From the IMG/VR virus record IMGVR_UViG_3300020045_011377, positions 1 to 49,493 of that record: a stretch of DNA of 49,493 bases; one strand, given 5' to 3'. Source of the DNA: a virus. Its lineage: Duplodnaviria > Caudoviricetes. The notes beneath the pieces were generated by a model that saw nothing but the letters and a program-made list of their open reading frames with translations, was not told where the DNA came from and searched no databases. Of this stretch, positions 44,974 to 49,493 are shown in pieces; position 1 is the stretch's first letter, and the number at the start of each line of letters is the position of its first letter. The translations under genes and the position numbers were made by a program.

Positions 44974-45343
44974 AAGGAACCCACCTTCCTTCTTCACGTT
45001 TTTCAATTCTAACATTATGTCGAATTTCATATGCTACTTGCTCTTCAATCTTCTTTGTTTCACCTGTAAGACGACCAACTTCAGAAGCATGCCACTTCTT
45101 AAACTCTTTCGTAAGGGCCATGCGTTCAAACGCAAGCTGCTTATTACTCAGTTGGGAGCGGGTATCTTCGGCGTACCCATGAGCACCTGATGCACGATGA
45201 GAGCAGTGCACGGCACTTGATGTCTTATTTTTCTTCTGGCCGCCCGCACCTGTTCCACGAGTGTATGACCAGTCGCAGTCTTTAGCAGTGACAGAAAAAA
45301 GTATCTTAGAGTCCATTGGTCTTCTTAAAGTATTCAACGGCAC
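44882..45343 (-). CDS. Stand-alone GGQ peptide chain release factor domain protein (ArfB/PrfH-like)
   Basis: RGTGAGGQKKNKTSSAV...RSQLSNK. Confidence 0.85.
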   Translation of the reverse strand: MPLNTLRRPMDSKILFSVTAKDCDWSYTRGTGAGGQKKNKTSSAVHCSHRASGAHGYAEDTRSQLSNKQLAFERMALTKEFKKWHASEVGRLTGETKKIEEQVAYEIRHNVRIEKREEGRWVPYEDSESSVACGITPDTSLRGETTEESRSAC

Positions 45344-45572
45344 GATCGCGTTCTTGACTCAGCCGTGCAACAAAATATTTGGATAAACACTCAAAGAAGA
45401 TTTTAGCTGATTCATCAGCCTCACCTTCAAATGTCATCACCGGTCCTTCGAAGTTTAACTCACCAACCTTCTTATTGGTTACTGTGTTGTACAGAACAAT
45501 ATTGTGTATTGGTATCGGTGCTGCTATTGTACAATAGATAGTATTGGCTGTGATTGTTTCTTCTTGACCCAT
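45306..45572 (-). CDS. Hypothetical protein
   Basis: FEGEADESAKIFF. Confidence 0.6.
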   Translation of the reverse strand: MGQEETITANTIYCTIAAPIPIHNIVLYNTVTNKKVGELNFEGPVMTFEGEADESAKIFFECLSKYFVARLSQERDRAVEYFKKTNGL

Positions 45573-45805
45573 TCTGTTACTCTTTCAGGTGAACCATAGC
45601 ATTCAGCTGGTGCCTCATTATAGAGGTAAGCCATATACGCTGGTAGATTATCAATATTCGTATCATCAGCTCTCGATACTGCTTCTTTCAGATCATTTTC
45701 AAGAACTGCTGTTAAGAAGCTTCCAGGTAATACACCACGATCGATATAAAGCTCGAGGCCATTCATCATGTAATCAGGAATGTAATACTTTCTGTAGCGA
45801 TACAT
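45524..45805 (-). CDS. Hypothetical protein
   Basis: PGSFLTAVLENDL..AV.RAD...GSPE. Confidence 0.7.
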   Translation of the reverse strand: MYRYRKYYIPDYMMNGLELYIDRGVLPGSFLTAVLENDLKEAVSRADDTNIDNLPAYMAYLYNEAPAECYGSPERVTEWVKKKQSQPILSIVQ

Positions 45806-45806
45806 T

Positions 45807-46622
45807 TTAGTCCTTCTTCACGAAGACCAGATTCGGGAACAACGCATTGAGATGCATGATGTCAATCTTACTATCGTTTACTGCTTGGCGAAGATCACGA
45901 CCGAGTTTCGCATCAGCTGCATCACGAGCTGCTTGATGATTGCCAAGCTCAAACAACTCCCAGGTGCGAGGAAACTGCTCTTTGATGAGGCTACCAACAG
46001 CATTCGCATACTGGCGAATTTCCCACTGCGCGTTGTGATCCATACGTAGAGTCAAGAATGCGAGCCAATTGCGAAGATTCGCAGAGACTCGCATTCGTGA
46101 ATATCGAGCAACAGGAACCGGAAGACGAGCGATTTCTTTCGGAATACCTCTGGCAAGACCTCTATCGTATACCGCTTGAGCCCATTTGTAGGAATTATCA
46201 AGCTCACTCAACCACTGTTCAATCTCTGCTCTCGTTGGTTGTTTACCAGTTCCAGTAGCTTGACGATTCTTTTCATCGATTTGTACGATGCAACGTTCAA
46301 CCGTTGGCGTGTAGTTTTCATCAGGAAGAGGAATGTAACGAGCACTCATCTCATTGTAACTCTGTGTGCGGTGCCGATGCCATTCGCGGAATACGAAGAT
46401 AGGCGCCTTCACTTCAAGCACCATTCCTTCCATCTCGAAAGGTGTCATGTGTTTGTGGTTGTAGAGATACTTCAGAAGACCAGTGTCACTCTCCCAACCC
46501 TGAAAACCTTTGTTGGTCGACATACGCGCTGATTCAATAATACGCTCATCTGAACCCCAATGCTCAATGTATTCAACATACCCATTATCTAAAACTTTTG
46601 GACCATCACCTTCGTGCAGCAT
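45807..46622 (-). CDS. thyX: Flavin-dependent thymidylate synthase
   Basis: HMTPFE, RHRTQSYNEMSARY, NLRNW and AQWEIR motifs. Confidence 0.95.
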   Translation of the reverse strand: MLHEGDGPKVLDNGYVEYIEHWGSDERIIESARMSTNKGFQGWESDTGLLKYLYNHKHMTPFEMEGMVLEVKAPIFVFREWHRHRTQSYNEMSARYIPLPDENYTPTVERCIVQIDEKNRQATGTGKQPTRAEIEQWLSELDNSYKWAQAVYDRGLARGIPKEIARLPVPVARYSRMRVSANLRNWLAFLTLRMDHNAQWEIRQYANAVGSLIKEQFPRTWELFELGNHQAARDAADAKLGRDLRQAVNDSKIDIMHLNALFPNLVFVKKD

Positions 46623-46720
46623 ATCTCAATCTCCAAATCTCTTGTCTCGTAGGACCTAATGTATCATAACAAACTGGATGAGTCCAGTATGCTGTGTGTA
46701 GTGCGACCCAAACGTTAATA

Positions 46721-47011
46721 TCAGGGTGTTCCACGGGGTCGAGGTGTTTCAGGTGGTATCTGGCTCTTCAAAAGCTGAATCTGTCTGTTGATATACCAGA
46801 TAGCTTTCTCGTAATCTTTGATCGCGTCAGCTTTATGCTCACCACGACCCAGATATTTAACCGCGTTTCCGATGTTGAAGCCAAGTTTCCAATCTTCGAT
46901 AACGTCGATTACTTCGAACTTACCTTGATTGTAGTGACTCGGATGATCTATACCCTTTGGGTCAATCAGTTTGCCGCCAGGACTTATCGCCATTATTTCA
47001 CCTTCGGACAA
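46721..47011 (-). CDS. DUF3310 family protein
   Basis: HPSHYN...IGNAVKYL.R...KAIWY. Confidence 0.85.
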   Translation of the reverse strand: MSEGEIMAISPGGKLIDPKGIDHPSHYNQGKFEVIDVIEDWKLGFNIGNAVKYLGRGEHKADAIKDYEKAIWYINRQIQLLKSQIPPETPRPRGTP

Positions 47012-47217
47012 TCAGTTGTGATACGACACTCAACGAAGAATCCTTTCCATCCACATGCATCGATTGTTGCGTATACATACAATCCACCCAATATGAAAGG
47101 TGATAAGCAGAGTGCGAGTATCGCGATGCTTTCTGTAATACGTGATCCTTGTTTCGCGGCCATATTATATTTCCTATCTACAGTATTGATTATATAGTAA
47201 AAGTTATTTCTCACCAA
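46993..47217 (-). CDS. Small membrane protein
   Basis: One TM segment; start uncertain. Confidence 0.5.
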   Translation of the reverse strand: MVRNNFYYIINTVDRKYNMAAKQGSRITESIAILALCLSPFILGGLYVYATIDACGWKGFFVECRITTDCPKVK

Positions 47218-47489
47218 GAATCATTTGGTGTCACACCCTGAGAATTTGAACCTATCTCACGGTAGTAGTCGTAGTAACTTGGAAATGAGCCGTAGCGAAC
47301 ACTGTTGTTATTGCGGCAGTTACGACGCCTCTCAATCCAGCCGAGCCAGATACAGACCTCTTTACCATTCTCTGAACCTACATTTGTAGGCCACCATGCG
47401 AAATAACGTTGCCATTTCGCAGCATTTGTGATGATTACTTGGTATCTCTCATAACGAGCTTCGAGAGTTTCACCACAATGGAATTTCAT
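47211..47489 (-). CDS. Hypothetical protein
   Basis: W..YFAWWP...WL.WIERR. Confidence 0.65.
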   Translation of the reverse strand: MKFHCGETLEARYERYQVIITNAAKWQRYFAWWPTNVGSENGKEVCIWLGWIERRRNCRNNNSVRYGSFPSYYDYYREIGSNSQGVTPNDSW

Positions 47490-47788
47490 CGGTACATCAC
47501 CTTCTCAATCGCTGCTTTCGCATCTCTGATAAAATCTACAGCAGCAAGGAAAATAGCACCGGGAATGACTGTCAACGCAATATTAACAAAGAATACAAAC
47601 ATACCTTTGAGTGAACCATCTTCAATCTTGGCCCACCAAGTTATATCGAAAAACGCGTAGAGCACAATCAGGAGACACATCAGCAGAAACCAACCACCAC
47701 TGATCATCATCGCAAACTGTGCAAACACTTTCACGCGATCGTATTCTTCCTTCGCTTGTTGCTGTCTCGGTGTCAATTCTGTAGTCAT
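47486..47788 (-). CDS. Two-TM membrane protein
   Basis: Hydrophobic segments; ATGA coupling. Confidence 0.65.
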   Translation of the reverse strand: MTTELTPRQQQAKEEYDRVKVFAQFAMMISGGWFLLMCLLIVLYAFFDITWWAKIEDGSLKGMFVFFVNIALTVIPGAIFLAAVDFIRDAKAAIEKVMYR

Positions 47789-48765
47789 TCTGGTCTCACT
47801 TTCTGCTTTTTGCGTTCAGGAATAAATCGATAGTTGTACTCATCTTCATGAATCTTGACATTCTCTTTCCAGTCATTATCAATCCAAGAGATGATTGATT
47901 TATTCATCTCTTGGATCTTTTCAACTGGATGGCCATTCAACTCAAATTTACGACGTTCTTTGAGGTAAAACTCTGGTTGATCTTGAAACGGGTAATCCGA
48001 ACCAATGATCCATCTCTTACAATCTTTCAACGAATACGCTTTGAATGGCGTGAAGATTGAGCTTTCAGCCATCAAATTGTGCAAATCGTTTGTGTAGAGG
48101 ATTGTTGACATAATCACTGCACGGCTATGAGCGTGTCTTAGAGGAGGTCCAAACGGACTCCCATGACTCGGGTCTGTGTATGCTGCGGGCCGATTTGAAA
48201 GCATCGCTTGGCCATAATCACCACAGTGATTTGCGATAAATTTCAAATGACCAAACTTCTGCGCATACATCGCAATCATCTGAGACACTGGAGGAGAACT
48301 GAATGTTGGTTCACCTTGCATATGGAATGAACACATCGCATTCTCAGGTAATTTCTTCAGAATATTTCCGATGAAACGAGAATCAGCATAGTTTAATCCA
48401 CTATCAACAACACCGTCGCGAACCCACCAACCACGGTGAGATGCAAGTTTAATGCCGTGACACAGACCGCCATACTTGAACGATCGAGTGATGTCATTCA
48501 CATCATACGTGAAGTTCTTGACATCAGTTGGTTCTTCTTTGAAGCGACCCATTACCACTTGCAGGCCGATATGACGAATGTGAGGTGTGAGTCGAGCTAC
48601 TTCCTCGAGCATCATGTAATCATCGCGAGGATACAAGCAGATATGAGCATCAATCTTGTTTGTCAAGAGATGTTCAACCATGCCCTCAACAGGACCTTCG
48701 TGAATGCGACCTGAGGATTTGCTTGTAGGGAAAATACCTAGATTTGTGTGACCGTCAAAGTTCAT
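47785..48765 (-). CDS. Amidohydrolase-superfamily (TIM barrel) protein
   Basis: FDGHTN, GIKL, FHMQG, ANHCG and IGSDYPF motifs. Confidence 0.7.
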   Translation of the reverse strand: MNFDGHTNLGIFPTSKSSGRIHEGPVEGMVEHLLTNKIDAHICLYPRDDYMMLEEVARLTPHIRHIGLQVVMGRFKEEPTDVKNFTYDVNDITRSFKYGGLCHGIKLASHRGWWVRDGVVDSGLNYADSRFIGNILKKLPENAMCSFHMQGEPTFSSPPVSQMIAMYAQKFGHLKFIANHCGDYGQAMLSNRPAAYTDPSHGSPFGPPLRHAHSRAVIMSTILYTNDLHNLMAESSIFTPFKAYSLKDCKRWIIGSDYPFQDQPEFYLKERRKFELNGHPVEKIQEMNKSIISWIDNDWKENVKIHEDEYNYRFIPERKKQKVRPE

Positions 48766-48901
48766 GTGTTACCTTATTCAAACGCTGGCAGAATGATATC
48801 GCTGGAACCATCAGAATTCGATTGCTACGATGGCCTGTTCCCATGAATGCATACCAGCGACCATCGAGCCGACCAATTCGTGGTTTGTGTTGTCTTTTCA
48901 T
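48755..48901 (-). CDS. Small hypothetical protein (48 aa)
   Basis: MKRQHKPRIGRLDGRW...; fills the gap between genes. Confidence 0.45.
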   Translation of the reverse strand: MKRQHKPRIGRLDGRWYAFMGTGHRSNRILMVPAISFCQRLNKVTHEL

Positions 48902-48904
48902 TAC

Positions 48905-49204
48905 TTAGCTGAAAGTGAAGTTTGCTTCGTAGCTTTCGTTGTAACCAGGTTTGTCGTAATACACCTCCCAACCAGCTTCACGATACATTGGCTCGAAGTT
49001 CAACCAACCACGCTCGGATATGTCATTACGAGATACAGAAGAATCGCGTTTCATCAACGCTTCAACAATATCTTTTTGAAGTATGCGCGATGTAGGACCA
49101 TTCATATTCGCTGCGATAAGTCTATTGATTGTATCAATGACCCACTCAGGAATCTGAGATTGCTGTTGCTTGCCTACATCTTTGGGTGAGATTGGAGTAA
49201 TCAT
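48905..49204 (-). CDS. Hypothetical protein
   Basis: IPEWVI...YREAGWEVYYDKPGYNE. Confidence 0.75.
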   Translation of the reverse strand: MITPISPKDVGKQQQSQIPEWVIDTINRLIAANMNGPTSRILQKDIVEALMKRDSSVSRNDISERGWLNFEPMYREAGWEVYYDKPGYNESYEANFTFS

Positions 49205-49317
49205 TTATTCACCTCTGAATAAAACCAGATCAAGATAACAAGAACCCACAACCAGATGAAGCAGCGATCAATACTCTCGCGCTCAGGTGATATTGGATCT
49301 CGATTCCAGGCGCTCAT
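49201..49317 (-). CDS. Small single-TM protein (38 aa)
   Basis: ATGA coupling at both ends. Confidence 0.5.
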   Translation of the reverse strand: MSAWNRDPISPERESIDRCFIWLWVLVILIWFYSEVNK

Positions 49318-49493
49318 GCTGGTAATCCTTCGCTGAATCCCTTGAGCCAGATCTCAACTTCTGAGACGGTCAAGTTTTCGATGAGTGAGCGGCGACCTTC
49401 TATGACATTGTCTTCAACCAACACAATGTTATAGGTTGCGCGTGATGGCTTCCTGATGACGTTTGATCGCTGTATCTCAAGCCTTTCACCGTT
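49314..49493 (-). CDS. 3' end of a hypothetical protein running off the right edge
   Basis: Open frame ending ...EIWLKGFSEGLPA-TGA. Confidence 0.55.
   Translation of the reverse strand, partial: NGERLEIQRSNVIRKPSRATYNIVLVEDNVIEGRRSLIENLTVSEVEIWLKGFSEGLPA

Noticed and set aside
439-49189. Numerous plus-strand ORFs in the ORF track
   Set aside because: They are antisense shadows of well-supported minus-strand genes with no motifs or SD; only 11608..12045 is credible

Overview
Fragment of a T4-like myophage genome, with nearly all genes on the minus strand. From left to right it holds: an early accessory cassette bounded by an exact 121-bp direct repeat; an RNase H / exonuclease / glycosyltransferase region; class II ribonucleotide reductase and gp61 primase; a late block of structural and probable internal-head polyproteins; gp41 helicase, UvsX and gp43 polymerase; an M15 peptidase and Hsp20; and a long accessory region. 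The most striking signals are non-coding and absent from the ORF track. (1) A roughly 379-nt phage-encoded RNase P RNA has a recognisable catalytic domain, but its specificity domain is replaced by a perfect 20-bp helix carrying a tRNA-like kissing-loop module. (2) A GAUAGAC-loop hairpin sits 29-32 nt upstream of each of the three NAD genes (nadA, natV/nadM-Nudix, nadV) and is a candidate NAD-pathway riboswitch or operator. (3) An amber-suppressor tRNA(CUA) lies close to a leader minigene M-K-L-amber-I-R-P-P-stop that abuts an SD-sequestering hairpin in front of a peptidyl-tRNA hydrolase operon, a candidate readthrough-sensing attenuator. All calls come from reading the sequence and motifs by eye; no searches were run.
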